64,000 nt of DNA from Pseudonocardiales bacterium (GTDB taxonomy: Bacteria; Actinomycetota; Actinomycetes; Mycobacteriales; Pseudonocardiaceae), in assembly GCA_019243635.1 (NCBI GenBank), contig JAFAUB010000049.1, forward strand, positions 2,722 to 66,721. Direction: 5' to 3'. Below, piece by piece: positions 50,816-62,591 of the stretch; the first letter of the stretch is position 1, and each line of letters begins with the position of its first letter. The notes under the pieces are model-generated. The model was not told where the DNA came from. It saw only the letters and a program-made list of their open reading frames with translations, and searched no databases. The translations under genes and the position numbers were made by a program.

Positions 50816-50897
50816 ACTCCACCAAGGTGATCGGCGGCACTGAAGCGGGCCCCTCGACGGTGGGGCCGGGTCCACTCGGGTCAGCTGGAGGAGCGCG

Positions 50898-51572
50898 GTG
50901 AACGACCCCTTGGCCATGGCCGGCATCTTCCAGGGTGTCGACCCGTCGGCGGCGCAGGCTCTGAGAGCCAGCCTGGAGCCGGTCAGCTTCCCCCGGGCCC
51001 ACGTCATCTTCGCCGAAGGCGAACCGGGCGACCGCTTGTACATCATCCTGTCGGGCAAGGTCAAAATCGGGCGGAAGTCGCCTGACGGCCGGGAGAACCT
51101 GCTCGCCGTGTTCGGGCCTTCGGACATGTTCGGCGAACTATCGATCTTCGATCCGGGACCGCGGACATCGACGGTCACCACGGTGACCGAGGTCAGCGCC
51201 GTCAGCATGGATCGCGCCGCGTTGCGAGAGTGGATCACCAAACGGCCGGAGATCGCCGAGCAGCTGCTGCGGGTGATCGCGCGACGGCTGCGCCGGACCA
51301 ACAACATGCTCGCCGACCTGATCTTCACCGATGTGCCGGGACGGGTGGCCAAGGCGCTGCTGCAGCTCGCGCACGACTTCGGTGCCCAGGAAGGCGGCAT
51401 GCTTCGCGTGACCCATGACCTCACTCAGGAGGAGATCGCCCAGCTGGTCGGCGCCTCCCGGGAGACGGTGAACAAGGCGCTTGCCGATTTCGCCCACCGC
51501 GGCTGGCTACGCCTGGAAGGCAAGAGCGTGCTCATCCTGGAGCCCCAGCGCCTGGCCCGCCGCGCCCGCTGA
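50898..51572 (+). CDS. crp: cAMP receptor protein (Crp/Fnr family)
   Basis: cNMP-binding [16 protein letters not shown] and C-terminal [19 protein letters not shown]. Close to Mtb Rv3676 by eye. Confidence 0.9.
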   Translation: MNDPLAMAGIFQGVDPSAAQALRASLEPVSFPRAHVIFAEGEPGDRLYIILSGKVKIGRKSPDGRENLLAVFGPSDMFGELSIFDPGPRTSTVTTVTEVSAVSMDRAALREWITKRPEIAEQLLRVIARRLRRTNNMLADLIFTDVPGRVAKALLQLAHDFGAQEGGMLRVTHDLTQEEIAQLVGASRETVNKALADFAHRGWLRLEGKSVLILEPQRLARRAR

Positions 51573-51593
51573 CAGCCACCCGAAGTAGCACTT

Positions 51594-51824
51594 GTGCTAT
51601 GGAGTCCATCGGGCGGCCCAGTGTGGACACCGGAACCAGGGCCGGGGCACGCAGAGATCCTGCTCGGATTGCTCGGCAAGTGCCAGGTCCGGGGCAACCT
51701 GGTTCCTGACGCCCAGCTGGCGGCGCTGGCTATTGAGCACGGGCTCGCCGTCTACTCTGATGACACCGATTTCACCCGGTTCACCGAACTGACCTGGGTC
51801 AACCCGATCTCCCCACCAGCCTGA
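51594..51824 (+). pseudogene. PIN-domain (VapC) toxin, C-terminal fragment only
   Basis: GHAEILLGLLGKCQVRGNLVPDAQLAALAIEHGLAVYSDDTDFTRF matches the last third of VapC toxins. The N-terminal acidic residues and any antitoxin gene are absent. Confidence 0.55.
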
Positions 51825-51867
51825 CCGAGGTTAGCCGACCGCCGCTTCCATCACTTGGAAACGCTGA

Positions 51868-52096
51868 TTCAGCTTTCCGTTATCGTCCCACGGCACTTGC
51901 CATTCGACGCGTTGACGATGCGAAACAGGAGCACCACAGTGCCGTCGTCCGCAGCCGGTCGCAGATACCACGGCTGGTACTGTAACACGGTCACTTGCCT
52001 GAGCGTCTGTCGGCGCGTCGTCGGTGACGGCAGCGGTCCCTCCAGGAATGTGATGGCAACAACGACGAAGTCATCACGAACCTGGAGGACCGCAGC
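51868..52096 (-). pseudogene. possible RelE/ParE-like toxin fragment without a start codon
   Basis: Open frame ...QPWYLRPAADDGTVVLLFRIVNASNG... resembles the ParE C-terminus (PY.i.YR...D.v.ilRvlH). Lower GC, with no ATG or GTG in frame. Confidence 0.25.
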
Positions 52097-52111
52097 TCAA
52101 GGCACAGCGGC

Positions 52112-52567
52112 TCAGGACACCTCGACGATCAGCTCGACTTCGACCGGAGCGCCCAGCGGGAGCTCGGCGACCCCGACTGCGGACCGGGCATGCGTCCCTG
52201 CCTTGCCGAACACCTCGCCGAGCAGCTCGGATGCCCCGTTGAGCACGGCGGGCTGGGCGGCGAACCCGGGTGCCGAGGCCACGAACCCCACCACCTTCAC
52301 CATCCGGACCACCGCGTCGAGCCCCACCAGGTCCGCCACCGCGGCCAGTGCGTTGAGCGCGCAGGTTCGGGCCAGCTCGTGACCGCGCTCAGGGTCGATC
52401 TCGGCCCCTAGCCTGCCGGTGGCCGCCAGCACTCCGTCGACCAGTGGGAGCTGGCCCGCGGTGAACACCAGGGATCCGCTGCGCACCGCGGGCAGGTAGA
52501 CCCCGGCCGGGGTGGCTACCGGGGGTAACACCAACCCGAGCTCGGTCAGCCGGCCCGAGGCGCTCAC
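52112..52567 (-). CDS. RidA/YjgF-family protein (Rv3678c-like)
   Basis: 151 aa from GTG. LVFTAGQLP...ARSAVGVAELPLGAPVEVE. The start overlaps the DUF4177 stop (GTGA). Confidence 0.8.
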   Translation of the reverse strand: MSASGRLTELGLVLPPVATPAGVYLPAVRSGSLVFTAGQLPLVDGVLAATGRLGAEIDPERGHELARTCALNALAAVADLVGLDAVVRMVKVVGFVASAPGFAAQPAVLNGASELLGEVFGKAGTHARSAVGVAELPLGAPVEVELIVEVS

Positions 52568-52752
52568 CGCTTCGGGCGCTTGAGATAGGCCACCAGCTGC
52601 TCCCCGGTCGGCCCGGGCAGCACGGTGACCAGCTCCCAGCCGTCGGCTCCCCACTGGTCGAGGATCTGCTTGGTGGCATGCGTCAACAGCGGCACGGTGG
52701 AGTACTCCCAAGAGGTCATGGGGCGGGACGCTAGCGCGTCGTGCCCCATCAC
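52564..52752 (-). CDS. DUF4177-domain small protein (Rv3678A-like)
   Basis: 62 aa. WEYSTVPL...ILDQWGADGWELVTV is typical of DUF4177. Confidence 0.65.
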   Translation of the reverse strand: MMGHDALASRPMTSWEYSTVPLLTHATKQILDQWGADGWELVTVLPGPTGEQLVAYLKRPKR

Positions 52753-52818
52753 TCGTGAGCGGTGTTCGGTGCGGGAACACCGTTACCCACTCACATGCCG
52801 CGAGCCTAGGCTCGCGGC

Positions 52819-53802
52819 ATGTGGTCTCGGGCTCGCCTTCATGTCGTCACCGGCAAGGGCGGGACCGGCAAGACCACGGTCGCCGCCGCGCTGGCGGTGG
52901 CGCTGGCCGCTGGGGGCGGCCGAACGCTGCTGGTAGAGGTCGAGGGACGGCAGGGCATCGCGCATCTGTTCGACATCCCTCCGCTGCCCTATGAGGAGCG
53001 GCGCATCGCGGTCGCCCCCGGCGGCGGCGAGGTCCGGGCGCTGGCGGTGGACGCCGAGGAAGCCCTTCTGGAGTACTTCGCGATGTTCTACAACCTGGGC
53101 TTCGCGGCTCGGACACTGCGCCGGATGGGCGCGATCGAGTTCGCCACCACGCTGGCGCCCGGCCTGCGAGATGTGCTGCTCACTGGCAAAGTGAAGGAGG
53201 CGACCACCCGAGCGGCGGGCGGCGTCCACACCTACGACGCGGTGGTGCTGGACGCCCCACCGACCGGGCGGGTGGTGAAGTTCCTCGACGTCACCAGGGC
53301 GATGGCCGACCTGGCCAAGGTCGGCCCGATCCACAGCCAGAGCAAGGGGGTGGTGCGGCTGCTGCACTCGGCGGATACCGCGGTACACGTGGTCACCCTG
53401 CTGGAGGACCTGCCGGTGGCCGAGACCCTGGAGACCGTCGCGGAGCTGGACCTGGCGGACCTGCGCCCGGGCGCGGTGCTGATCAACCGGGCCCGACCCT
53501 CCCGGTTGCCCGCTCGGTCGGTGACCGCCGCAGCTAACGGCCGGGTCGAGGCCGACCGCGTCCGCGCCGGGCTCCTTGCCGCCGGTCTCGATCTGGACTC
53601 GGCCGTGCTTGAGGGCCTGGTCGCCGAGACCGTGGAACACGCGGTGCGGGTGGACGCCGAGCGGCAGGCGCGGACCAGGCTCGCCGACGCCGGCTTGCCG
53701 CTGGTCGAGCTGCCCGAGCTCACCGAAGTCGGGGGAGACGGAGTCGGTCTCGGTGGGGTCTACGAGCTCGCCGAGGCGCTACGCGAGCAGGGGGTGCGAT
53801 GA
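52819..53802 (+). CDS. ArsA-like P-loop ATPase (Rv3679-like)
   Basis: Deviant Walker [17 protein letters not shown]; paired with the downstream paralogue as in mycobacteria. Confidence 0.8.
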   Translation: MWSRARLHVVTGKGGTGKTTVAAALAVALAAGGGRTLLVEVEGRQGIAHLFDIPPLPYEERRIAVAPGGGEVRALAVDAEEALLEYFAMFYNLGFAARTLRRMGAIEFATTLAPGLRDVLLTGKVKEATTRAAGGVHTYDAVVLDAPPTGRVVKFLDVTRAMADLAKVGPIHSQSKGVVRLLHSADTAVHVVTLLEDLPVAETLETVAELDLADLRPGAVLINRARPSRLPARSVTAAANGRVEADRVRAGLLAAGLDLDSAVLEGLVAETVEHAVRVDAERQARTRLADAGLPLVELPELTEVGGDGVGLGGVYELAEALREQGVR

Positions 53803-54968
53803 GGTCGCCGCCCCCCTTCACCATCGACGCGATGCTGGACAACCGCGCCACTCGAGTGCTGGTGTGCTGCGGCGCGGGAGGGGTGGGTAAGACGACGACG
53901 GCCGCGGCCCTCGCGCTGCGGGCAGCCGAGCGAGGTCGATCGGTGGTGGTGCTCACGATCGACCCGGCGCGGCGGCTGGCGCAGTCGCTGGGGCTACGGG
54001 AGCTGACCAACAATCCCCGTCTGGTGGCGCCCACCGAGGAGATCGAGGCGGCCGGCGGCCGGCTACACGCGATGATGCTGGACATGCGGCGCACCTTCGA
54101 CGAGATGGTGCAGGCGCACGCGAGCCCCGAGCGGGCCGCCCATATCCTCGCCAACCCCTTCTACCAGGCCATCGCCTCGTCGTTCGCCGGCACCCAGGAG
54201 TACATGGCCATGGAGAAGCTGGGGCAGCTGGTGGCGGCCGGTGAGTGGGACCTCGTCGTGGTGGACACCCCCCCTTCGCGCTCCGCGCTGGATTTCCTGG
54301 ACGCCCCGCAGCGGCTGTCCTCGTTCCTGGACGGGCGGATGATCCGGCTGCTCTCCGCCCCAGCGCGGGCCGGCGGCCGCGGCGTGCGCCAGCTGGTGGG
54401 TGCGGGGTTCGGCTTGTTCGCCAGGGTGATCTCGACGATCCTGGGCGGGCAGATGTTGGCCGACGCGTCGGCGTTCGTGCAGGCTTTCGACACCATGTTC
54501 GGCGGGTTTCGGGAGCGCGCCACCATGACCTACGAGTTGCTCCGCGCTCCGGGAACGGCGTTTGTGGTGATCGCCACCCCGGAGGCCGACGCGGTGCGCG
54601 AGGCGGCCTATTTCGTGGACCGACTGGTCACTGAGTCGATGCCACTGGCCGGGTTGGTGCTCAACCGAACACATCCGGTGCTCGCCGACCTGCCGGCGGC
54701 GCGGGCCGAGACGGTGGCTGAGGCACTGGAACGTGCGGGCCCAGCCGTCGGTTCCACCGCGCTGGCCGCGGCGGTGCTGCGGTTGCACGCCGACCGGGTC
54801 GCCCTGGCCGGGCGGGAACGCCGGCTGCTGGTCCGGTTCCGTGGGGCACATCCGGAGGTCGCGGTGGTCGCGGTGCCGACACTAGCCGCCGACGTGCACG
54901 ATCTGCCGGAACTGCGCGGCATCGGCCGCCTGCTCGCGGGAGGGCAGCTTACGGTCAGCCGTGACTGA
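53799..54968 (+). CDS. ArsA-like P-loop ATPase (Rv3680-like)
   Basis: [37 protein letters not shown]. Its start overlaps the upstream stop. Confidence 0.85.
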   Translation: MRSPPPFTIDAMLDNRATRVLVCCGAGGVGKTTTAAALALRAAERGRSVVVLTIDPARRLAQSLGLRELTNNPRLVAPTEEIEAAGGRLHAMMLDMRRTFDEMVQAHASPERAAHILANPFYQAIASSFAGTQEYMAMEKLGQLVAAGEWDLVVVDTPPSRSALDFLDAPQRLSSFLDGRMIRLLSAPARAGGRGVRQLVGAGFGLFARVISTILGGQMLADASAFVQAFDTMFGGFRERATMTYELLRAPGTAFVVIATPEADAVREAAYFVDRLVTESMPLAGLVLNRTHPVLADLPAARAETVAEALERAGPAVGSTALAAAVLRLHADRVALAGRERRLLVRFRGAHPEVAVVAVPTLAADVHDLPELRGIGRLLAGGQLTVSRD

Positions 54969-55095
54969 GCCGACTCGGTCGCCGGCGCTGACACGGTCCT
55001 GGTCGACTCCCCGCAGGACCGACAAGCGCTATCCCGTCCCTCCCCCCGCAGCGGAAGCACGGTCTCATGGATGCTTGTGCACGCTCCCCCGGGGC

Positions 55096-56013
55096 TCAGC
55101 GAACTGAGTCGAGCATGTGGTAGAGCAGCAGCAGCTGGGTGACCGCCAGCGGCTCGCTGCGGACGCCCTCACCGGTCTGGCCTAGTGAGGAGGGCAGCTC
55201 CGTCTCGGTGTCGAGCTTCGTCCAGATCGCCTTCTCCAGCAGCCGGCTCTCCTCGCGAGGCACGTACCCGTGTATATGCAGCGCGTCCACCGGTCTGCCG
55301 TCCTCGTCGCGGGCCAGCTTGAGATGCATGGCTCGCCGGTCGGACTCGCGGAAGACCCCGGTGAGGTCGGGGTGGGGGATTGTCGGGCGCAGGGTGAGCT
55401 CAGCCGACAGCGGGGTGTCCGGCGGATCATGACGCTGCTCGACCGGGCCGAACCGGACCACGATGTCGGCGGCGGAGCGTTGCGGGCGGATGTACTCCTC
55501 GGACTCGGGCTCCCGCTTGTCGAGCTCGGCCAGCACCTGCTCGCGGGTGTACCCGCGCTTGGTGGTGTCCCGCTTGACCTTCCAGTCGCGACGGATGTGC
55601 TCCGGCGGGTCGAGGTAGACGGTGATGTCGAAGCACGCCTGCGCCAGCCGGGTGTGCAGCGGCAGCAGGCCCTCCACAATCACGAACTCGGTGGGCTCGA
55701 TGAGCTCGGGGCGGGTGAGCTGGCCGGTGTGGTGGTCGTAGACCGGCTTGAGCACCGGTTGGCCGGTGGCCAGCAGCTGCAGGTGCTGCTCCATGATCTG
55801 CACGTAGTTGCAGTCCGGGTGCAGCGCGGTGAACGGCAGTTCCTTGCGTTCCTGCCGGTCGTAGCAATGGTAGTCATCCACGCACAGCGAGGTGATCCGA
55901 TCGGCGCCCAGCGCGTCCACCAACCCTTTGGTCAGCGTGGTCTTCCCCGCGGCGCTGTCGCCGGCGATCGCGAGCATCACCGGCCGCGACGTGCTGGACC
56001 CGGCGCGCTCCAT
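55096..56013 (-). CDS. prk: phosphoribulokinase
   Basis: P-loop IAGDSAAGKTT plus PRK/uridine-kinase-family blocks (LCVDDYH, FVIVEGLLPL, RDWKVKRD). Sits beside the RuBisCO genes. Confidence 0.8.
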   Translation of the reverse strand: MERAGSSTSRPVMLAIAGDSAAGKTTLTKGLVDALGADRITSLCVDDYHCYDRQERKELPFTALHPDCNYVQIMEQHLQLLATGQPVLKPVYDHHTGQLTRPELIEPTEFVIVEGLLPLHTRLAQACFDITVYLDPPEHIRRDWKVKRDTTKRGYTREQVLAELDKREPESEEYIRPQRSAADIVVRFGPVEQRHDPPDTPLSAELTLRPTIPHPDLTGVFRESDRRAMHLKLARDEDGRPVDALHIHGYVPREESRLLEKAIWTKLDTETELPSSLGQTGEGVRSEPLAVTQLLLLYHMLDSVR

Positions 56014-56212
56014 GCGCAACAACTTATCGGGCACGACACCACTCCTTCTCCGCAAGGCCACGTGAGGACGCGATGAGCCGTGCCTGACGGTAGATGAACG
56101 GGCTGCGGCCGGCGTCCCCTCCTGGAGGGAAAGGCGAGGGGAACCCCTCCCACGCCACGTCCCTCACATCGTGTCACCGGTCAGACCCGTTAAGGCTGAT
56201 TACACTCGGCGC

Positions 56213-56872
56213 ATGGACGACCAGCCGCTACGCGTGGTGCTGGTTGATGATCACGAGATGGTGCGTACTGGTCTCAAGGCGATGCTCAGCCGGTTCGCTG
56301 GGCAGGTGCGGGTGGTCGGCGAAGCCGCTGATGCGGCGACCGCGCGGCGGGTGGTAGCGGGGCTGGACCCCGACATAGTCCTCGCCGACGTGCGGCTGGG
56401 CGGGGAGAGCGGGCTGGAGCTGTGTCGCGACCTCGTGCGGGACTCTCCTGGGCGTCGGGTCGTCCTGCTCACCGTCTACGACGACGAGCAGTACCTGTTT
56501 CAAGCGATGCAGGCGGGAGCGGCGGGCTACCTCCTCAAGCGGATCGACGGCCCGGAGCTGGTCGAACAACTGCACCGGGTGCACGCCGGCGCGGTGGTCA
56601 TCGATGTCGGCCTCAGCGCTCGGGCCGGGGCTTCGGCGGCCCGGCTCCAGGCCGGTGAGTACTGGCCCGGCGCGCACCTCGGCCTCACCCAACGGGAGAG
56701 TGAGGTGCTCTCCCTGATGGTGGCCGGCTCGTCCAACCGCGCCATCGCCGCCGAGCTGGTGGTCGGCGAGGAGACGGTGAAGAGCCATGTGCGTGGCATC
56801 TACCGCAAGCTGGCGGTGACCGACCGGGCGGCCGCGGTGGCGACGGCGCTGCGCGAGGGTCTCTTCCGCTGA
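56213..56872 (+). CDS. NarL/FixJ-type response regulator (LuxR HTH), orphan
   Basis: Receiver VVLVDDHEMVR...DIVLADVRL...LLTVYDD and HTH LTQRESEVLSLMVAGSSNRAIAAELVVGEETVKSHV. No histidine kinase gene is adjacent. Confidence 0.85.
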   Translation: MDDQPLRVVLVDDHEMVRTGLKAMLSRFAGQVRVVGEAADAATARRVVAGLDPDIVLADVRLGGESGLELCRDLVRDSPGRRVVLLTVYDDEQYLFQAMQAGAAGYLLKRIDGPELVEQLHRVHAGAVVIDVGLSARAGASAARLQAGEYWPGAHLGLTQRESEVLSLMVAGSSNRAIAAELVVGEETVKSHVRGIYRKLAVTDRAAAVATALREGLFR

Positions 56873-56886
56873 CCCGCCGCTCGGCG

Positions 56887-57867
56887 TTACGCCACTGCGG
56901 CCGAGTTGGGCTCGACCCGGTCGGCCAGCGCCCGCTGGCCCTCGGCGACCAGGGCGGGGTCCCCATGCCAGGCCTTCAGTGCCGGGTCGACCAGCGCCCG
57001 CCCGAAGGAGAAGGTCAGCGGCCACGGTGTCTCGTACTTCTGCATCGCGGCCAGGTTCGCGGTGGCCACCTCCGGCGACTGGCCGCCGGAGAGGAAGGCG
57101 ACCCCGGCCAGCGACGAGGGCAGCACCGCCCGCAGCGTGGCCACGGTCTGCTCCGCGACCTCCTCGGGGCTGGCGTGGCGGCCCGATGCCGAGCCCGGCA
57201 CGACCATGTTGGGCTTGAGCACGGTGCCGGCGAGATCCACCCCCGCCTCGTCCAGCTCCGCCAGGACGTGCTCCAGCGTCGCGCGGGTCACCTCGGCGCA
57301 CCGGCCGATGGTGTGGTCGCCGTCCATCAGCACCTCAGGCTCGACGATGGGCACCACGACCGACTCCTGGCACAGCGCGGCGTAACGCCCCAGCGCGTGC
57401 GCGTTCGCCCGCAGCGCGCGCTCGGTCGGCCTGCCCTCCCCGATAGCGATCACGGCGCGCCACTTGGCGAAACGGGCCCCGCGGGAGACGTAGTCCTTCA
57501 GCCGCTCGCGCAGGCCGTCGAGACCCTCGGTCACCTTCTCGCCAGGCGAGAAGGCGAGATCCTTCGCGCCGGTATCGACCTTGATGCCGGGCAGGATGTT
57601 CAGGGCGTGCAGGGCGAGCGGGAAGTCCTGCCCGTCCTCGAGCCTCTGGTTGAAGGTCTCATCGGACAGGATCACTCCGCTGATGCCGCGGTGCAGGTCC
57701 GGGGTGGTGAGCAGCATCTGCCGGTAGGCCCGCCGGTTCTCGGCGCTGACCGGGACCCCGGCCTTCTCCAGCCGGGAGGACATGGTGCCGATGCTCTCGT
57801 CGGCCGCGAGGATGCCCCGCGGCCGGCTCACCATCGCTCGGGCGGTCTCATGCAGCGCCTCGATCAT
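56887..57867 (-). CDS. fba: class I (Schiff-base) fructose-bisphosphate aldolase
   Basis: GILAADES, GIKVDTG, FAKWRAV, VEPEVLMDG and the active-site Lys context TVLKPNMV. Confidence 0.85.
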   Translation of the reverse strand: MIEALHETARAMVSRPRGILAADESIGTMSSRLEKAGVPVSAENRRAYRQMLLTTPDLHRGISGVILSDETFNQRLEDGQDFPLALHALNILPGIKVDTGAKDLAFSPGEKVTEGLDGLRERLKDYVSRGARFAKWRAVIAIGEGRPTERALRANAHALGRYAALCQESVVVPIVEPEVLMDGDHTIGRCAEVTRATLEHVLAELDEAGVDLAGTVLKPNMVVPGSASGRHASPEEVAEQTVATLRAVLPSSLAGVAFLSGGQSPEVATANLAAMQKYETPWPLTFSFGRALVDPALKAWHGDPALVAEGQRALADRVEPNSAAVA

Positions 57868-58844
57868 GGCTCTCCCTCCACCGCGACGGGCCGGTCCACG
57901 CCGCCGCCATCGAGCCTAGGCCCGGACCGCCGCGGCGCACGTCCCCCGGTGGGTGGATCCGGCGGGGGGCCGGTCCGCGAGCCGTGTGGTCGCCAGCCGG
58001 ACGCGTGCAGATGGCGGACGAACAGCCACGTGGAGGCGCCGGAGTAGGCCCCGACGACCGCGTGCCACGGCCGCCGCAGCGGGGTGCCCGGAGCGGGTAC
58101 CACGACCAGCCGCCCCTCGGAGAGCAGGCCGGTGACGGCGTCCCGGGAGACCAGCGCGCAACCGAGCTCGGCCACCGCGCCGGCCACCACCGCCCCGTTG
58201 GAGCCCAGCACCAGCCGGGGTGGTGCGGCGTGCTGCGACTTCAGGTAGGTCTCGACCCTGGTGCGGGTGGCCGACCCCTGCTCGCGCAGCAGCCACGGGG
58301 TACTCGCCCAGTCGAACCCCTCGGCGACCGAGGGCGCCGCCACCACCACGAGTTCGTTGGGCTTGGTGGCGATCACCCGCGCGTCGACCCCCGAGGGCGG
58401 CGCTCCGGCGATGACCAGGTCGACCTCGTGTGCGCTGACCAGGTCCCACACCCGCGCGCTGGGGGCCACCTCCAAGGCCAGCGCGACTCCCGGATGCCGC
58501 CGGCGGAACTCGGCCAGCAAGGCGGGCAGCAGGTGCTCCCCGGCGGTGGTGACCGCGGCGAGCCGCAGCCGACCCCGCTCCGCGTCGAGCTCCTGGGTCG
58601 CGGCCGCCGCACCCTCGTCGAGCAGTCCCAGTACCCGCCGGGCATACCGGGCGTAGACGACGCCCGAGGGGGTCAGCCGCAGCCCTCGGCCGACCGGCTC
58701 CACGAGTGGCACGCCGAGCTCGCGGGCCAGTGCTCCGATCGAGGACGACACCGCGGACTCGGTGACCGTCAGGCGGCTGGCGGCGCCGCGCACCGATCCG
58801 GTGGCCGCCAGGGCGACCAGCGTGCGCAAACGAGACTCGGTCAT
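57864..58844 (-). CDS. cbbR: LysR-family regulator divergent from cbbL (CbbR)
   Basis: LysR HTH LRTLVALAATGSVRGAASRLTVTESAVSSSIGALAREL. Classic divergent arrangement with the RuBisCO operon. Confidence 0.8.
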   Translation of the reverse strand: MTESRLRTLVALAATGSVRGAASRLTVTESAVSSSIGALARELGVPLVEPVGRGLRLTPSGVVYARYARRVLGLLDEGAAAATQELDAERGRLRLAAVTTAGEHLLPALLAEFRRRHPGVALALEVAPSARVWDLVSAHEVDLVIAGAPPSGVDARVIATKPNELVVVAAPSVAEGFDWASTPWLLREQGSATRTRVETYLKSQHAAPPRLVLGSNGAVVAGAVAELGCALVSRDAVTGLLSEGRLVVVPAPGTPLRRPWHAVVGAYSGASTWLFVRHLHASGWRPHGSRTGPPPDPPTGGRAPRRSGPRLDGGGVDRPVAVEGEP

Positions 58845-58861
58845 GGCAACCCCTGAGCAAC

Positions 58862-58911
58862 CGGTACACAGTCACAGCCAAAGACTTGATAGACAGGCTG
58901 ATTGTGTACCG
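58862..58911. promoter_or_regulatory. imperfect 50-bp palindrome in the cbbR-cbbL intergenic region, a candidate CbbR operator
   Basis: cggtacaca-gtcacagcc ... ggctgat-tgtgtaccg. The outer 9-bp arms are perfect, with inner cagcc/ggctg arms. Located 32 nt upstream of the cbbL GTG. Confidence 0.4.
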
Positions 58912-58927
58912 CCATGCTCAGTAGTGA

Positions 58928-60412
<1,485 letters not shown>

Positions 60413-60438
60413 GTGAGGATCCGACTAGGGAGCTGACG

Positions 60439-60867
60439 ATGCACATCACTCAGGGGACCTTCTCCTTCCTGCCCGACCTCACCGACGCCGAGATCACCGC
60501 GCAGATCCAGTACGCGCTGGACAACGGCTGGCCCTGCTCGGTGGAGTTCACCGATGACCCGCACCCACGCAACGTCTACTGGGACATGTGGGGACTGCCG
60601 ATGTTCGACCTCACCGACGCCGCCGGCGTGCTCGCCGAGGTCAACGCCTGCCGCAAGGCCAAGCCGGAGCACTACGTCCGGGTCAACGCCTACAACGCGA
60701 GCTACGGCAAGCAGACCGTCGCGCTGTCCTTCATCGTGCAGCGGCCGACGGATGAGCCCGGCTTCCGGCTGGAGCGCCAGGAGTGGCACGACCGCACCAT
60801 CCGCTACACGTCGCACCCCTACGCCGCCGACGCGCCGCATGGCCGCCGGTACAACGGGCAGCAATGA
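60439..60867 (+). CDS. cbbS: RuBisCO small subunit (red-type, with C-terminal extension)
   Basis: [11 protein letters not shown]...[24 protein letters not shown], plus the extended C-terminus [19 protein letters not shown]. Confidence 0.9.
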   Translation: MHITQGTFSFLPDLTDAEITAQIQYALDNGWPCSVEFTDDPHPRNVYWDMWGLPMFDLTDAAGVLAEVNACRKAKPEHYVRVNAYNASYGKQTVALSFIVQRPTDEPGFRLERQEWHDRTIRYTSHPYAADAPHGRRYNGQQ

Positions 60868-61895
60868 CTGACACCCGCCCACTCGGCGGCGAGGCATCCG
60901 CTCGCATGGGGTTCGGCATGTCCCGCCCCGGCCGTGACCCGGCCGGGGCGGAGGCAGCCGAGGATGCCGAGCGCGCAGCTGAGACGCTACCGCCGGACGC
61001 CCGTGTCGATCTCGCCAAGGAGCGCGCGGAGACCGGTATCGATGAGGTCTTCAGCTCCCTGGACGCCGACCTGGTCGGGCTCGCCCCGGTCAAGACCAGG
61101 ATCCGCGAGATCGCCGCGCTGCTGCTGGTCGACCGGGCCCGCGCCCAGTTCGGCCTGTCCACCTCCAGGCCCAACCTGCACATGAGCTTCACCGGCAGCC
61201 CGGGCACCGGCAAGACCACCGTGGCCCTGCGGATGGCCGACATGTTGCACCGGCTGGGCTACCTGCGTCGCGGGCACCTGGTCTCGGTGACCCGCGACGA
61301 CCTGGTCGGCCAGTACGTCGGGCACACCGCGCCCAAGACGAAGGAGGTCCTCAAACGGGCGATGGGTGGACTGCTGTTCATCGACGAGGCCTACTACCTG
61401 TACCGCGCGGACAACGAGCGTGACTACGGGCAGGAGTCCATCGAGATCCTGCTGCAGGTGATGGAGAACCAGCGGGAGGACCTCGTGGTGATCCTCGCCG
61501 GCTACAAGGACCGGATGGACTCCTTCTTCGTGTCCAACCCGGGGATGGGCTCCCGGATCGCGCATCACATCGATTTCCCCGACTACACGCTCGATGAGCT
61601 GGAGGACATCGGGAAGCTCATGGTCGCGGCGGAGGGGTACAGCTTCACCTCGGAGGCTCAGGAGACCTTCCGGGAGTACCTGGAGCGCCGCAAGGCCCAA
61701 CCGCGGTTCGCCAACGCGCGCAGCGTCCGCAACGCGATCGAGCGGGCCCGGTTGCGGCACGCGAGCCGCCTCATGGTCGCGGATCGCCCGGTGAACAAAG
61801 AGGAGCTCATCACGCTGGCCACGGAGGACATCCTCGGCAGCCGGGTCTTCGCAGACCACAACGCAGACCACAACACGGAGACCGACTCCCGCTGA
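60864..61895 (+). CDS. cbbX: AAA+ RuBisCO activase CbbX
   Basis: LIGLAPVK..I.E....LVDR, Walker [14 protein letters not shown], Walker [16 protein letters not shown] overlap with the cbbS stop. Confidence 0.9.
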   Translation: MTDTRPLGGEASARMGFGMSRPGRDPAGAEAAEDAERAAETLPPDARVDLAKERAETGIDEVFSSLDADLVGLAPVKTRIREIAALLLVDRARAQFGLSTSRPNLHMSFTGSPGTGKTTVALRMADMLHRLGYLRRGHLVSVTRDDLVGQYVGHTAPKTKEVLKRAMGGLLFIDEAYYLYRADNERDYGQESIEILLQVMENQREDLVVILAGYKDRMDSFFVSNPGMGSRIAHHIDFPDYTLDELEDIGKLMVAAEGYSFTSEAQETFREYLERRKAQPRFANARSVRNAIERARLRHASRLMVADRPVNKEELITLATEDILGSRVFADHNADHNTETDSR

Positions 61896-62062
61896 CCCTC
61901 GGCAGGCACCGCGCGCACCCACGGCCGCGCCTGTCCGTGAGCTCGACACCACCCTGGCCGCCCGCGGATCCTGACCCCGACATCCCAGCCTGTTGACCTC
62001 TCCTTCCCATAAGATCAAACTATGTGTGTGAAATTGGGGAGCCTGCCACAGGAGGGGACGTC

Positions 62063-62554
62063 ATGCACAGCAAGGTCACTATCTTCGGTCATCCGGTACA
62101 TCCCATGCTGGTCGCCTACCCGATCGCGTTCAACACTGCGACGCTGGTCGGCTTCGTCATCTATGGGGTGAACCCGGAGCTGTTCTGGCTGAAGCTGACC
62201 ATCGCCCTCAACGCCGCTGCCGTGGTGATGGCGGTCGTCGCCGCCGTCCCCGGCTTCGTCGACTGGGTGGCGGCCATCCCGAGCGGAACCCCGGCCAAGC
62301 TCACCGGGCGGATCCACATGGGGCTCAACGTGGCGGCGTTGGCGCTGTTCATCATCAGCTTCTTCGTGTACTACCGATACTGGAACGGTCCCGCTGATGT
62401 GGGGGCAGCGCTGGGGATCATGCTGACCGCGATCGGCGTGGCGCTGACCGTCGCGGCGGGCTTCCAAGGCTGGGCACTGATCCAGGATCACCACGTCGGC
62501 GTCCGACTGACACCCGACCAGCAGCGGCTGGAGCGAGAAGCACAACCACGCTGA
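62063..62554 (+). CDS. DUF2231-family membrane protein
   Basis: IFGHPVHPMLVAYPIAF and four TM helices. AGGAGGGG SD before ATG 62063. Confidence 0.6.
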   Translation: MHSKVTIFGHPVHPMLVAYPIAFNTATLVGFVIYGVNPELFWLKLTIALNAAAVVMAVVAAVPGFVDWVAAIPSGTPAKLTGRIHMGLNVAALALFIISFFVYYRYWNGPADVGAALGIMLTAIGVALTVAAGFQGWALIQDHHVGVRLTPDQQRLEREAQPR

Positions 62555-62591
62555 CTATCGCCGGGTGGATGGCGCCCGCAGCTCGGCCCTG

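Noticed and set aside
54969-55095. An expected whiB4-like gene after the ArsA-like pair, by synteny with Mtb.
   Set aside because: The gap is only 127 bp and contains no WhiB-type Cys-X-Cys motifs. The Calvin-cycle genes follow directly.
61994-62022. Possible sigma-70-type promoter (TTGACC, 17-nt spacer, CAAACT) upstream of the DUF2231 gene.
   Set aside because: The -10 match is weak, and actinobacterial promoters are poorly predicted by eye. It is not reported as a feature.
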